Shown: positions 24,553-35,900 of the stretch, in pieces | How positions within the stretch are numbered: position 1 is the first letter of the stretch | How the letters are laid out: every line of letters begins with the position of its first letter | Assembly: GCF_011386835.1 (NCBI RefSeq) | Contig: NC_088812.1 | Coordinates: 12,028,001 to 12,092,000, forward strand | DNA: 64,000 nt | DNA from: Chrysemys picta bellii | Taxonomy: Eukaryota | Direction: 5' to 3' | Program-made: the position numbers and the translations under genes | The notes under the pieces: generated by a model | Told to the model about the DNA's origin: nothing | Database searches by the model: none | What the model saw: only the letters and a program-made list of their open reading frames with translations

Positions 24553-24714
24553 CAAAGGCTCGGATGAGCTCGGCCCGCACGGCCCACGTAAACTTCTTCA
24601 CCAGGCACAGGGTGGTGAGGGTGGCGAAGAGCATGTTGTAGAGGAAAACGATGTAGAAATTCCCCAGCCAGTTAAATCTGCCGAAGTCGCCCAGGAGGTC
24701 AAACCGCGTGATTC
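24553..24714 (-). CDS. LMBR1L: LMBR1L exon 16
   Basis: 162 nt; ITRFDLLGDFGRFNWLGNFYIVFLYN...RAELIRAF; AG/GT flanks. Confidence 0.96.
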
Positions 24715-24960
24715 CTGCACGAGAGAGAGGCTGAGCGCTCCCCTCAGAGAGGGGCTGGGCCCCACTGCACCTCCCCCTGCAGCCCCAGCCCTCCCCCCCT
24801 TCCTGACCCACAGGCCCTTGTTATTCCAGCTCTGCCTCTGCCCCTCAATCCTGACCTACAGCCCCACAGCAGCTGCTCCAGAGCTCCAATCCCCAGTGCA
24901 GGGGGGGCGTGTGCATATCGGGAGCCACTCAGTCCCACCCCAGGGGCGCGTGAGACTCAC

Positions 24961-25027
24961 CCAGTGTCCTGGAGAAGACAGGCAGCGCGGAGCTAAGCAC
25001 CAGCAAGGAGACGCAGTTCCCAATGAT
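24961..25027 (-). CDS. LMBR1L: LMBR1L exon 15
   Basis: 67 nt; IIGNCVSLLVLSSALPVFSRTL; AG/GT flanks. Confidence 0.96.
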
Positions 25028-25516
25028 CTGGGTGGGGGAGAGACAGGCCTTGAACCTGGGAGCCGGACTCCCCCTGCCCCCACGGGTGCTGCACCCCAGT
25101 ATGGGCACAGGACCCCTCCCGCCCCCCCAATCACCACAGCAACTCTGTATCCGCCACCCAGCGAGCCACCAGACACCTGCGGCCCCACCCCTAGAATTAG
25201 GGAACCAAGATCCCCAGTTGGACTCTGGCCCTGGGGCGCGTGGGGGGCTCCCGCTGAGCAGCCACGTCGAGCTGGGGGGCATCTGACAGGGGGCAGCTCA
25301 CAACTGGGCTTCTCCCCATCCAGCCTGGTGCCGGGTGCATGGTGCCCTCGTGTGGCGAGATGATGCAGTGCAGCCGCCCCCAGCAGCAGGGTCGGGAAGA
25401 GAACCCAGGCGTCCTGGGCCCACAGCACCCTGGTCCCTAGTGGCTGCCTGTGGGTAGGAAGCGGCCCTGCACTGGGGCAGGGGGCACCCAGTGGCGGAGG
25501 GGCAGGTACCACTTAC

Positions 25517-25607
25517 CTTGGTCATGGGGGTATCCTGCCTCGCAGGGAGCAGCCTGGTGAACATGGGGGAGCTGTAGAAGCCCACGACGGAGGAGACCAT
25601 TAGATAG
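25517..25607 (-). CDS. LMBR1L: LMBR1L exon 14
   Basis: 91 nt; YLMVSSVVGFYSSPMFTRLLPARQDTPMTK; preceded by a U12 branch site. Confidence 0.96.
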
Positions 25608-25836
25608 CTGAGTCCAGGGGTTAAGGAGGAATAACGGAGTGGGAAGGGGAGATCTGTTGGGCCCAGGGAGCTGATGCAGGGGCTGGGCTGTGGGCACAGC
25701 ACCCAGAGGGGCAGGGAAGGGGGGCACTGGGCTTGCTGATACTTCAATCAAACCCAGGCCCTGCTCCAGCCCCAGACAGAGCAGCCCCCCTGCAGGGATC
25801 AGACAGAGGGGCTGGGGTTGCGCACCCCAAGGATAC
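25608..25836 (-). other. U12-type (minor spliceosome) GT-AG intron 13 of LMBR1L
   Basis: Donor GTATCCTT and branch site TCCTTAAC (25620-25627) just upstream of the AG. Confidence 0.93.
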
Positions 25837-25910
25837 AAGATGAGAACCACCTGCAGGGCGGCACCGAAGGACCCAAAGATGGAGAAGGAGGCCTGCCCCA
25901 GGGGCGCGTC
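25837..25910 (-). CDS. LMBR1L: LMBR1L exon 13
   Basis: 74 nt; DAPLGQASFSIFGSFGAALQVVLI. Confidence 0.95.
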
Positions 25911-26251
25911 CTGCAGGGGGAGAGAGCAGAGAAAGGGGTTGGGGCGGGGGGCAGATTGGGGCAGGAACCAATCAGCCAGCTCTGGGCAGGTGTCACAGGA
26001 CGTCCCGGAGCCCCTTCACGCGGTCACCTGGTGAGCACTCCCCCCTCCCCCCCATGGATCCATGCAGGGCAGGGTGAACCTCCCGCCCCCGACCTGGAGG
26101 GGCCTTGCTATGGGGCTAGATAGCTGGGTCTCCCTGTTGCTGATGGTGCATCTATTGGGAGCTGGGCTAAAACCCAGCAAACTTGTTTCATGCCTGGGCC
26201 CAGGGCAGAGAGGGAAGGGTTAAACTCCGCTCAGACCCCCTCCCCCGGTAC

Positions 26252-26329
26252 CTGGATCCCCCGCGGCATGGCAGCATCATCCAGGAGCAGCTCCAGCGTA
26301 TGGAAACAGACCACGAGCACGGCGATGCC
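26252..26329 (-). CDS. LMBR1L: LMBR1L exon 12
   Basis: 78 nt; GIAVLVVCFHTLELLLDDAAMPRGIQ. Confidence 0.95.
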
Positions 26330-26502
26330 CTGGGAAGGACAGACGGGAGGTCAGTGCGGCCTCCTCCCGGCACCCTCGGGGGGGGGGGGGGGGGAGGGGG
26401 AGGCTCCTTCCCCAGGGAGCTCCACAGAGAATCACACACCACCCCTAACAAGCAGGGAAACTGAGGCACAGACATCAGGCACCCCTTCCCCCCAGCACCT
26501 AC

Positions 26503-26579
26503 CGTCAGCGCCAGGAGGCACAGCATGGCCAGGGGGTAGCCCAGGTTCCGCTGCCAGGGCGAGGCACCACGCCGTAGCT
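26503..26579 (-). CDS. LMBR1L: LMBR1L exon 11
   Basis: 77 nt; ELRRGASPWQRNLGYPLAMLCLLALT. Confidence 0.95.
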
Positions 26580-26727
26580 CTGCCGGGAAGCACAGGACAC
26601 CCCCAGGTGAGCAATGGTCGCGGCTCCACCCCCCCCAGATCAGAGCATCCAACTGATCTCACCGCCCAGCAAGCAGGGAGAGAACCCAGGAGTCCGGCTC
26701 CGCTCCCTCCCCACCCCCGCTCCTTAC

Positions 26728-26811
26728 CCAGTGCCAGTCTCCGGCTCCGGATGGCCAGGAACTGCTCCCGGAGCAGAGCCGCATTCACGCTAAGCCAGCA
26801 GGAGGTGGGAC
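26728..26811 (-). CDS. LMBR1L: LMBR1L exon 10
   Basis: 84 nt; PTSCWLSVNAALLREQFLAIRSRRLAL; phases 1/1 consistent with neighbours. Confidence 0.9.
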
Positions 26812-26913
26812 CTGCAGAAGGAGAGAGTCCCGAGGGATGAGCTGGGGGCTGAGCCCCCCCCGGGAAGGGGCCGGTTGGAGCAAGCCCGGGGGCGGGGGAT
26901 GGGGGACACTCAC

Positions 26914-26989
26914 TGGCAGAGATCTTGCGGGAGAGAGCGGCTTCCTCGAACCTTGTGCAGTTCAGCTGCTCGTCCAGATCCTCCAGCAA
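26914..26989 (-). CDS. LMBR1L: LMBR1L exon 9
   Basis: 76 nt; LLEDLDEQLNCTRFEEAALSRKISA. Confidence 0.93.
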
Positions 26990-27226
26990 CTGGGGGGGGC
27001 AGAGAGAGCACGGAGCCCGTTAGCCACCACGCAGCTGGGGGAGCAACACCCCGTCCCTCCCGCATTGAGGGCTCGACCCACGGGTCCCCCACAGCGCAGG
27101 GAGAGGCTGGAACGGCTGCCCCCCCAGCCGGCACCCAGTGGGGGCTTGGCCCCAAGCAAACAAGGGGGTCCCCCACAGCGGTGGGGGCGCAGGAGATGGG
27201 GCGAGGGCAGGAACAGGGAGCCTTAC

Positions 27227-27291
27227 CCGGGGCTTGACCAGCAGCTTCCCGGTGACGGTGAACATGCGGGAGAGGCCGACGGGCGTGCACA
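27227..27291 (-). CDS. LMBR1L: LMBR1L exon 8
   Basis: 65 nt; CTPVGLSRMFTVTGKLLVKPR. Confidence 0.96.
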
Positions 27292-28171
27292 CTGCGGGGG
27301 GCACAGAGCAAAAGGAGCAGGGTGAGAACAGGCACTGGCACCCCCACCCCCTTCCACCAGCAGGGGGCGCCGTTCTATTGGCAAAAGGAACCCAAGGGAC
27401 CGGGCCCGGTCTGTTTATGCCAGCAGGGTGGGTTCGAGCCTGGGATCTGCGTGGTCTCGGCATCCAGAGCTGGAAAGGCAGCTCTGGGCTGGGACAACAG
27501 GCCCCTGCCCTGAAATCACCCCCCTTCCCCCCACAAGTTCCTTCCCTAACCCGGATCGGGCTCGGAGAGCAGCGGGAGACCCCTCTGATGAGCACAGCCG
27601 CTGTTCCACGGCCATGAGGCGTGGCAGGTGTCCGGGAGGGGCACTGCCCCCTCCAGGCGCCAGCCTGGCTAGCGTGCATGCTCCACCCTGTGGTACCTGG
27701 CCTGGCCTCAGCCTGGCCGCCACGGAGACCCCGGCACCACCCGAAAGGGACTGGTCAGGAAAATCCACCAAGAGGTTATCCAGGTCGGGGGGGTGGGGGT
27801 GGGGAATTCCGGCCTCTGTGTTTGCAGCAGGACTTTTCCGGACCACAGCCAGCTCGGAAGCTCCTGGAAAACGCCCAGGAGACCGAGGAGGAGATGCAGG
27901 GATCAGGGCTGGAGGCAGAGTCTGGCTACACGGGCCTTTGTTCGGGGGAGGGGACAGACCCCGTCCCAGAAAGCTCCCAGTCGAACTAGGCGACACCCCC
28001 CCAGGTCACCCGGGCAGTCTGTGTCAGACAGGAACAGAAGCCAGGTCTCCGGGATCCCAGCCTGGCACCCCAACCATATGGCCAGCTTGGGGGGGGGGAG
28101 GGAGGGCTGGTAACTCAGTTGGGACCCCACAGATCCCCCCTCTGCCCCCAAAGCAATCAAACATCACTTAC

Positions 28172-28240
28172 ACAACAGCAGCAGCACCCCGAAGAGCGAG
28201 ATGCAGGAGTAGAGGTAGGGGAGGTAGTATTCCCACAGGT
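28172..28240 (-). CDS. LMBR1L: LMBR1L exon 7
   Basis: 69 nt; LWEYYLPYLYSCISLFGVLLLL. Confidence 0.96.
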
Positions 28241-28677
28241 CTGTGGAGAGGGGAGGGTTAACGTTACACACCCAGGCTGGGGTAAGCCGGGGGCCTGGGA
28301 GACCCTCGGTGCAGGGGGTGGGATTCCTTGGCACTCAGCAGGAGATGGGCACTCCCAGCGGAGCAGAGTGGGGGGGGTGGGGAGGACATTAACTAGCACC
28401 TCTGATCGGGCGTGTCATCCTTTGACCCAAGGGCATCACAGCAAGGGGGGGGTACCAATCACCCCACTATGCAGATAGGGAAACTGAGGCATGGGGCAGG
28501 GCAGAGTTTTGCCCCTCTCATAAAAAGCCACTGGCAGAGATGAAAAATTCAACCCAGGAGTCCGGGCCCAGCCCCTGGAACATACTCCCTGTTCCCAGAG
28601 CTGGGAAAAGAACCCAGGAGTCCTCGGTCTGAGAGCACGCAACACCCCCTCCCACCATCACTGCCCCGGTCACTCGC

Positions 28678-28804
28678 CATAGAGGGATTCCCGGCTGCCC
28701 GCGTCCTCGTCCACAATGGCCGACGCCACCCAGACCATCCCCAGCACCAGCAGGGTCAGCAGCAGCAGCACCACGAAGGTCTCGTAGACTCGGGCCAGGA
28801 TGCC
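28678..28804 (-). CDS. LMBR1L: LMBR1L exon 6 (ends at a GC donor)
   Basis: 127 nt; GILARVYETFVVLLLLTLLVLGMVWVASAIVDEDAGSRESLY; G|GCGAGT donor keeps frame with exon 7. Confidence 0.9.
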
Positions 28805-28886
28805 CTGCGAGGGGAGGGGGAGAGTTTAACCCGGCGCGGGCGGCACAGGGGGAGGGAGGGGAGGAGACGGACCGGGCAGCTGGTAC

Positions 28887-28990
28887 CTTCTTGGATCCCG
28901 CGAAGCCCTCGGCCTCGGTGAAGAAATACGCGAAGGGCATGAGGAAGACCAGGGAGAGGTTGGAGAAGAGGAAGACCAGATTCCAGAGGC
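28887..28990 (-). CDS. LMBR1L: LMBR1L exon 5
   Basis: 104 nt; LWNLVFLFSNLSLVFLMPFAYFFTEAEGFAGSKK. Confidence 0.96.
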
Positions 28991-29090
28991 CTGGAGAGAG
29001 ACGGGCAGGTTAGCGCAGCCCCCCAGGACCAGCCCCAGGCTAGCGTGGGCTCCGGGGCAGAGCCGCCCGGGCAGCGGGGCAGGTGCTCAC

Positions 29091-29230
29091 CGTGGATCAG
29101 GGAGCCGTTCAGCCACTGGATGTAGTAGTTGTGCGGGAAGAGCAGCAGCACCTCGTTGGTGAGGATGGAGAAGGGCAGTAGCAGGACGGCGCCCAGCGAG
29201 ACGGCCAGCGTGAAGGTGCACATCGACAGC
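29091..29230 (-). CDS. LMBR1L: LMBR1L exon 4
   Basis: 140 nt; LSMCTFTLAVSLGAVLLLPFSILTNEVLLLFPHNYYIQWLNGSLIH. Confidence 0.97.
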
Positions 29231-29671
29231 CTGGGGGGGTGGACGTGCATGAGCCTTGCCCTGCCCCACGCGGCTCCTCCGCCCCTACCCCAGCCAGCCC
29301 CCCGAATGGCCCCCAGGGCGCAGGCCAGAGCCAGCGAGGGGACCGGGCTGCGGGAGAGGTGGCAGCCCCTGCCATGGCTGGAACGTGAGCAGGCAGCACC
29401 CCGGGGCGAGTGCCGGCCGCCCCTCGCCCCGAGGCAGCCGGTGACGCGAGTTCTGCCAAGTCTCAGCGCGCAGAGCAGCCCAGTGAGACTCAAACCAGCC
29501 CGTGCCTCAGGGAGAGACGCGTTAGCCGCTGGCCCTCCCCTCCCCCCGAGCTGGGGCTAGAACCCAGGAGTCCTGAGCCCCACCCCCTGCTCAGGCTGTG
29601 ATCTCTGTCCCAGCATGCTGGGTGGGAAGTGCGTCAATACAGGAAGGGGCGAAGGACAGCCAGGAACTTAC

Positions 29672-29708
29672 GCAATTCTGTCGACGGCAGCATCCTCGTC
29701 ATCCTCAA
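29672..29708 (-). CDS. LMBR1L: LMBR1L exon 3
   Basis: 37 nt; cag|TT GAG GAT...ATT GC|gtaagt; EDDEDAAVDRI; phases fit exons 2 and 4. Confidence 0.93.
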
Positions 29709-32300
29709 CTGCAGAGAGAGGGGGAGAAATCCAGTCAGCTCGGCCGAGACCCTCACGCTCGCTACACCTCACGGGGCAGAGTCGGCCAAGAGCCGCAACT
29801 CGGTTTTGTGGGGCGGGTGGTTTCGTGGCTCTGCTAGCGATGCCGGCGAGGGCCAGGGCGAAGCCCCTCTTCCCCCAGCGCTAAGATGGGGAGAAGGGGC
29901 CTCTGTCTGCCTCACCTACGGGAAATGGGCACTGCTCGGGGGCAGGGTCTCTCTGCACCGGGTCGCAGCGGGGTTCCCAGGAGCTGCCGGAATACCCCGG
30001 CTCGCAGCTTGTCCCAGACAGACCCCTCCCTCGCTGCCCTGCAGCCGGATGTCCTGGCGCAGGGACGGGGCCGGAGAGCGCTGGGACCAGAATTATTCAG
30101 CCAATATTAGGTGTTAAGAGAATCCAGACTTCTGCTAAAGCGAGCCCTTGTCCCCAGCATCTCTGTACCGAGCCACATTAAAAACCACGCGGACGCTTTT
30201 GTTCTGGGGGCACGCAGAGAACTGTGCTGAGGTTTGAGACAATAATAAAAACAGACAGAATTGTTGCGAAAAACAGCGCGGATTTCCAACAGCCCGGGAC
30301 AGCAAGGGCAGAATGCCCAGGAACTGAAGTACTAGGACCAAGTCATTTGGGGGACTTTGTGCCCACGGTAACAGGCTAAGAGGTGTGTGTAGACAGACAG
30401 ACACACCTCAGCAGCGTCCCAATGCTGTCCGTAGCCCTGGCTTGGGGAAGATTTAGCCCCTCTCTCTGTATTTGTGCTCACTGATCTGGCCCACGCTCGG
30501 TAAATCTGGTGGACTGGGATTATTTGCCATTTTCTTAGTAAAGGAGCCGACCCATCAAGCAGCGATTGGCACCCCGAACCGGCAGGGACAGGAACGTGGG
30601 CACCTCCATTGCCACCCACGTGCAGCAAAGAGACGGGGGCAACGGTGACTCAGACCAGCCCAGGTGCCCACTGGTGTCTCCCCAAGGCAGGCTCCTGGGG
30701 GCTGTACCTGGCTGCCTGACACCCCCTGGGCCTGTGCACAGATCTCCTGGGCAGCAACATAGGCCAGGCCCAGCCGAGCCAGGCCAGGGGGCCAGCTCAG
30801 CCCAGCCCCCACCCCGACCCCCAGGAATCATCCTGGGCTTGCATTTCACTACACCAACCAACCCCAAGGCTGCTGGGGGCTGAGTGATGGGAAAAGGGGA
30901 AGGGGCTGGGGGGAGCAGGGGGGCTATAACAAGATAGCACCTCCTAACAAAGGGTTCAGCAGCCCCCCTCCCCCATCTCCGCTCCGCCTTCACTCCCACC
31001 AAGCCGGCAGCAGCTCCCATCCGTATTCAGGTCACATCTCCTCTCCTCCTGCTCCCTGGCCAGCCCCGCCCAGCTCCGTGCCATCCCGAATGCTCACAGC
31101 CCAGTTCCCATCCCCCGACGCTCACCAAGCCCCCCAACCCCGGCTGCAGCAGCCGTTCCTTGCACCCCGGAACCCATCCGGGCATTTCAGCGCCGGCACA
31201 GCACAGGGGTCGGCACCAGGGCCGCTGCAGGGCAGCAGTAAAAACTATGGAAATGCTGCCCAAAGAACTGCAGGAAAGCGGCTCAGCAAGAGCGCAGGGC
31301 AGGGGAACAGGGAGGCTATGTTTCCAAGGGCTTGTCTGCCCAGACAGACCTTGCCCCAAGCACCCCCAAAGCAGGGGCAGCGCACCGGGGCTGTCACCCC
31401 CTGCCCTGCAGCAGCACACCCACACTGGCGGTCCCCAAGGCAAACCAGCCCCACAGGGCACCCAGAGACCCTGGCGGAGGGTGGAATGGTCCCATCAGGA
31501 AAGCTAGTCAGGGCAGAGTTTCCTCAGGGGTAGCAACTCCCATGGAAAAGAGCCAGCAAGCCGGGGGGGGGGGGGGGGCAGCACGGCAGGGAAGGGGAGC
31601 AGGGCACACAGGCATTGTCAACCCCCCACCCCCAGCAATACCCCCTCCTCTCTCAGCCAAAGCCCTTTACAGACACCAGTTAAGCCTCATCCTCTGCGCA
31701 CAGCAGGTAAGGGATTGCTTCCCCCAGCCTGAAAAGCAGCCACCTCTGGGGTGGGGCCCGGCCACTGATTAACAGCCCACAGCATCACTGCCCATCCCGC
31801 AGCCCACTGACATGGGCGCAGCAGGATTCACATGGAATTTGGCCAGCGTGTCGGACACAAGACCCCGACTCTCACGAAAAGGGTCCCGGGATCTCCACCA
31901 CCAGGCCAGGAGCTCGGTTTCACGCCCTCCCCCAGAGACCGGCTTCGGCTCAGAGGGAAGTGCTCTCCTGACTGAATCTCCACCGCGTGTTTCCACGCTG
32001 GCCCCCTGCCGCACCGCTCGCCCAGGCTGCAGAGTTACCTGCTCAGGACCTGACTGGAGAACGGAGCGGGAGGCGAGACAAGCCGCCCCGTCCGGCTCGG
32101 GAGCTGAGGGGTCAGGGCCTGGAACTCCGCCAGCAGGGTTGCTGCCAGGGTACAGACCCCCACCCTAGGGGGCACCCCGCTCCACCCCCAGCCCCAGCCC
32201 AAGGCCAGACACGACAGACAGTGGAGCTTTCACTCGACTGGGAAATGCACCATCTGGAAAGATACAGATGGGGCGGGGGGATGACAGGACTCGCCTCATC

Positions 32301-32301
<1 letters not shown>

Positions 32302-32335
<34 letters not shown>
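32302..32335. repeat. (GT)17 microsatellite
   Basis: Direct reading. Confidence 0.98.
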
Positions 32336-32337
<2 letters not shown>

Positions 32338-33690
32338 CAGAGCCACACACCCTGGCTTGTGGGGACAAAGGAGTGTCGTGGGGGGGAAGGGCAAGACAGC
32401 AGGTGACCAGAGGTGCCGGGGTCAACATGTGCGGGGCGGGCAGAGGGGGGGGGGAACGTATGGGCCAATTCTTATTTATTTATAGCCCTGCCAGCAGGCC
32501 CTGGCGAGAGCCGGGGTGCACACGGCACTGGGAGACGCCGGCCCCCTCCCAAGCCAGCAGGGAGCAGCCCAGGGACCCTTGCCAGGCACGGCGGAAGCCA
32601 ATACCCGGCCTCAGCACACGAGTCCCTGACCACACGGGGGTTTGTGCCCGGGAAACGCAGCGCGTCAGGCCAGATCCAGGGGTCTGCAGACCCCCCAGGG
32701 GAGTCATGTGTGAGGGGGGTCCCATTGGCAGGGAACACGCTACACCCCCCCAATGCACAGCCAAGGATACCCATGCCCCCACGGCACAGAATACGCCAGC
32801 CTGTCGCCCACAAGCCCCACGCTGATCCTCGGTGCTGGGCTGCTCCCCATGGAGCGCAGCTTCTGCTCAGAGATGCAGGGCTGGCGGGGGGCAGAGGGTC
32901 TTCTTCCCAGCTCTCGCCAGAGCCTGCAGCCCCCTCCCCCCATTCTGTGCCCAGACGCCCCCTCGGCTCCTGCCCGCCCCAGCTCACAGGATGCCGGGCA
33001 GCCTGGCTCCATCTCATGCAGCCCCCAGCACGGTGGGGGGACCCCCGGGGATGGGACGGGTTCGGCCTTTGGTAAGACAACTCCTCAGGGAGGACAAGGA
33101 CGGTGCTGGGTCAGGCGGAGAGGCCACTAGGCAGCTCTCCTGCCACGGGCTCTGCCGGGGGGGGGGCTGGTGTTTCGGCCCCATCTCCCTGCTCCTCCCC
33201 CCGGCCTCCTGACATCCGGCTCTGGGCTCGCTGCACAGCCCAGGGAGGGAAACACCATGGTGACGACACCGCGCTTAGCGACAGCACCCGGGCAACACTC
33301 AGGAGATGCTGGTCTCTGAGCCCAGCTCCCGGGGGGCGGGGGGGGGGTGTGTTGTCCATGGCAACCACAACACAGCAGCGATGTAAACAAACCAAGAGGG
33401 GCCCTCCCCAGCGGGACGGGGTCTCCCCAGGGGATGCACCAAACACAGCAAAGCTGGTGCAGGAGGTTCGGGCCCTGGCTCAAGCAGCGCGGGGAGGGGG
33501 GAGGTTGCGGGGGGGCTGCTGGGGGCCTAGGAGTTGGAATTCAACAAACGCTGTCCCTCCCACACCACGTGCAGGGCGGCCAGGGCGCATGGGTCTGCCA
33601 CTCCCGGGGATGGAGCCGTGGCTCGGAGCCGGGCACTGCCCCGTGCAGGAAGGGGCAGCCGAAGCCAGGAGCGGGGGCCCGGCCAGTTAC

Positions 33691-33775
33691 CTGTGCTGAA
33701 GTCCGCATGCTTCTTGAAGCGGGTTATGATGAAGTGGCACAGGATGTAGAGGCTGGCGAAGAGCAGCGTGCAGAT
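33691..33775 (-). CDS. LMBR1L: LMBR1L exon 2
   Basis: 85 nt; ICTLLFASLYILCHFIITRFKKHADFST. Confidence 0.95.
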
Positions 33776-35766
33776 CTGCGGAGAGGGAGGGAGGGACACA
33801 TGGGTCAGAGGTGGCCCAGGCAGCGGGATCCCCCCCACGCCTCCCATTCCCCCCCTCAATCCACCCCCACATTTGCTACTATCCAAGCCCTGAAGAGCAG
33901 CTGCAGGGAAAGCGTCGACACCCCGGGCCGGATCCCAGCGCAGAGCTGTGGTGTCGCCGCCAGGAGCCGCTCGCGCTGGGTGTCTCGCAGGACAGCAGCC
34001 CCCGGCCTGCCCACCACACAGTACCCCGCGTTGCACTGGGGGCGGGGACAGGGCTTCGCTACTGATTTCTGCCTGACTCCATCCCAGCTGGAAATGGGAC
34101 ACGCTGCAGACCGGAGGCCCTTGCGGGTAGCCCCTGCAGCTGCTGTCCCACCGGTGCCCGAGCAGAAGGGGAGGTGCGGGGGGGACACAGCTCCAGTTTA
34201 AAGTCACCCTCCAACCCCGAGCTGCCAGCCTGGGCTCTTTTAGGAAGTCCAGGCCTGGACCTACAAGGGAACCTCCCATGAAGTGGCCAGCCACCCCCAG
34301 CAGCGTCCCCTTTGCACTGCCGCTGCGACCAGCGTGGCAGCCCAGAGGCCCTGCACATGCACACGCCAGAATTTCCAGACATTTTGCCCGGATCTTTTGA
34401 CGCCCCCAGGACACGTTTCTGGGGCTCCCTTGGCCGAGTGGCTCAGGACGCCCCCAGGTCCATAGTCAGACTCTGCCCCACACTGGGCCCTGCCGCTCCA
34501 CAGCATCCGTTGGCCTAGAATGGCCCGTGAGCCCTGGCTGTGCACTCAGCCCGTAACCTGGTATTCGCCGCAGAGGGTGACAAGACAGAGGCAGGGAGGG
34601 AGGGGATTGTGTTGTGGGGGTTGCATTTTGCAGGGGCCATTGGAGCAGGGCGTGGGGGGGATAAATCTCAGGGCAAGCTGGAGAAATCAGTCTCTGAACA
34701 AACAGAGGAGATTTTGGCCCAGGCCCACAAAGGTGTTTAGGCTCCAAATGTGTGTCACTGGGGCCTGGTAACCGCGAGACGAGTCGGGCAGGCTCACTGC
34801 TGCCATTCCTCTCTGCCGGGTCCAAGCCAGGCCATGCCAAGCAGGACAGACGTCTGGCCACACAGAATGCCCCTGCTCTGTAATGTACCCCTTCTTGGGG
34901 GATTCAGAGGGGCCCAGGGAAGCATGTGCCACACACCCCCCGGGGGCCCGGTGCGGTCAGTCCCACCTGCCACCGGCACTAGAGCCGTGGCAGTGATTGG
35001 AAGGAAGCCGGCAAAGTCCCTCGCGGAGCTGCAGGCAGCACCTGGGAACACCGCTCACCCGCCCCGAGCCGCGCTCCGAGGTCCACGCAGAGCAGGCGAC
35101 GTTTTAGGAACACAAGGACCTTTGATCACTCGCAGCCCGTGTCAGACAGGCCAGGCGCAAAGGTTGCATTGCATCACCACAAACTCATTCCCCACTGCCC
35201 TCTGGACCGTGCCCTAGCAGGCCTGGAGACTCCTTGGACATCAGCACAACCCGAACCCCTCCAGAAGCAGCAGGCCCTGCTGGCAGGCCAGCCCCTCCCA
35301 GAGCCGCCAAGCCTGGCACGTGGGGCGAAGGGGTTGAAACCCCAATGACAGAAGAGGCCGGCAGCTGGAGACAACCCAGGCCGAGTCCCAGCACGGCTGG
35401 TTCGGCACCCCCGGGCAAAGGAAATGCCTTTGCAGAGAGCAGCAGGGGCTGTAATGCCAATGAGCTGGTATCAGGGGCTGCACACGTCAGACGTCCCAGC
35501 CCGGAGCTCGCAGCAGCCACCAGCCGTGCAGTCATTCAGGTTTGGGTGGTTTAAATTTAGGGCTCTCAAAGAACTGGCCCAGGGTTAACCGCTCGAAGGC
35601 TGCACGTGCCTGAAGTCTCTGGGGCCACACCCGCTCTGACGTCCTCCTAATAGGTCAGTGCTAGAAACTGGAGGAGACCGATCTGACCTCTCGTGCTGCT
35701 GGGAGCCAGCCAGCACTTCTAGCAGGGAGCAGACGGGGGCCCAGCCCTTCGGACACAGGGGTTCAG

Positions 35767-35900
35767 AAATTAAAGGGTGGCCAGTTCAATACATGCAAAG
35801 GAAGCCTGTTAATCACACAATACTTAGCTAGCCTGCGGAACTCCCTGCCACAGGAGTTAGCAGAATTCCAACAGGGATTGGACAGCTGCACGGAGAACCA
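35767..35900 (+). mobile_element. Old CR1 3' fragment in LMBR1L intron 1
   Basis: Translates KLKGGQFNTCKGSLLITQYLASLRNSLPQE, matching the CR1 ORF2 C-terminal pattern (...FFTQR.VNLWNSLPQE). Confidence 0.65.

Noticed and set aside
23639-25363. 574-aa plus-strand ORF
   Set aside because: Antisense to LMBR1L exons and 3' UTR in very GC-rich sequence; no recognisable domain
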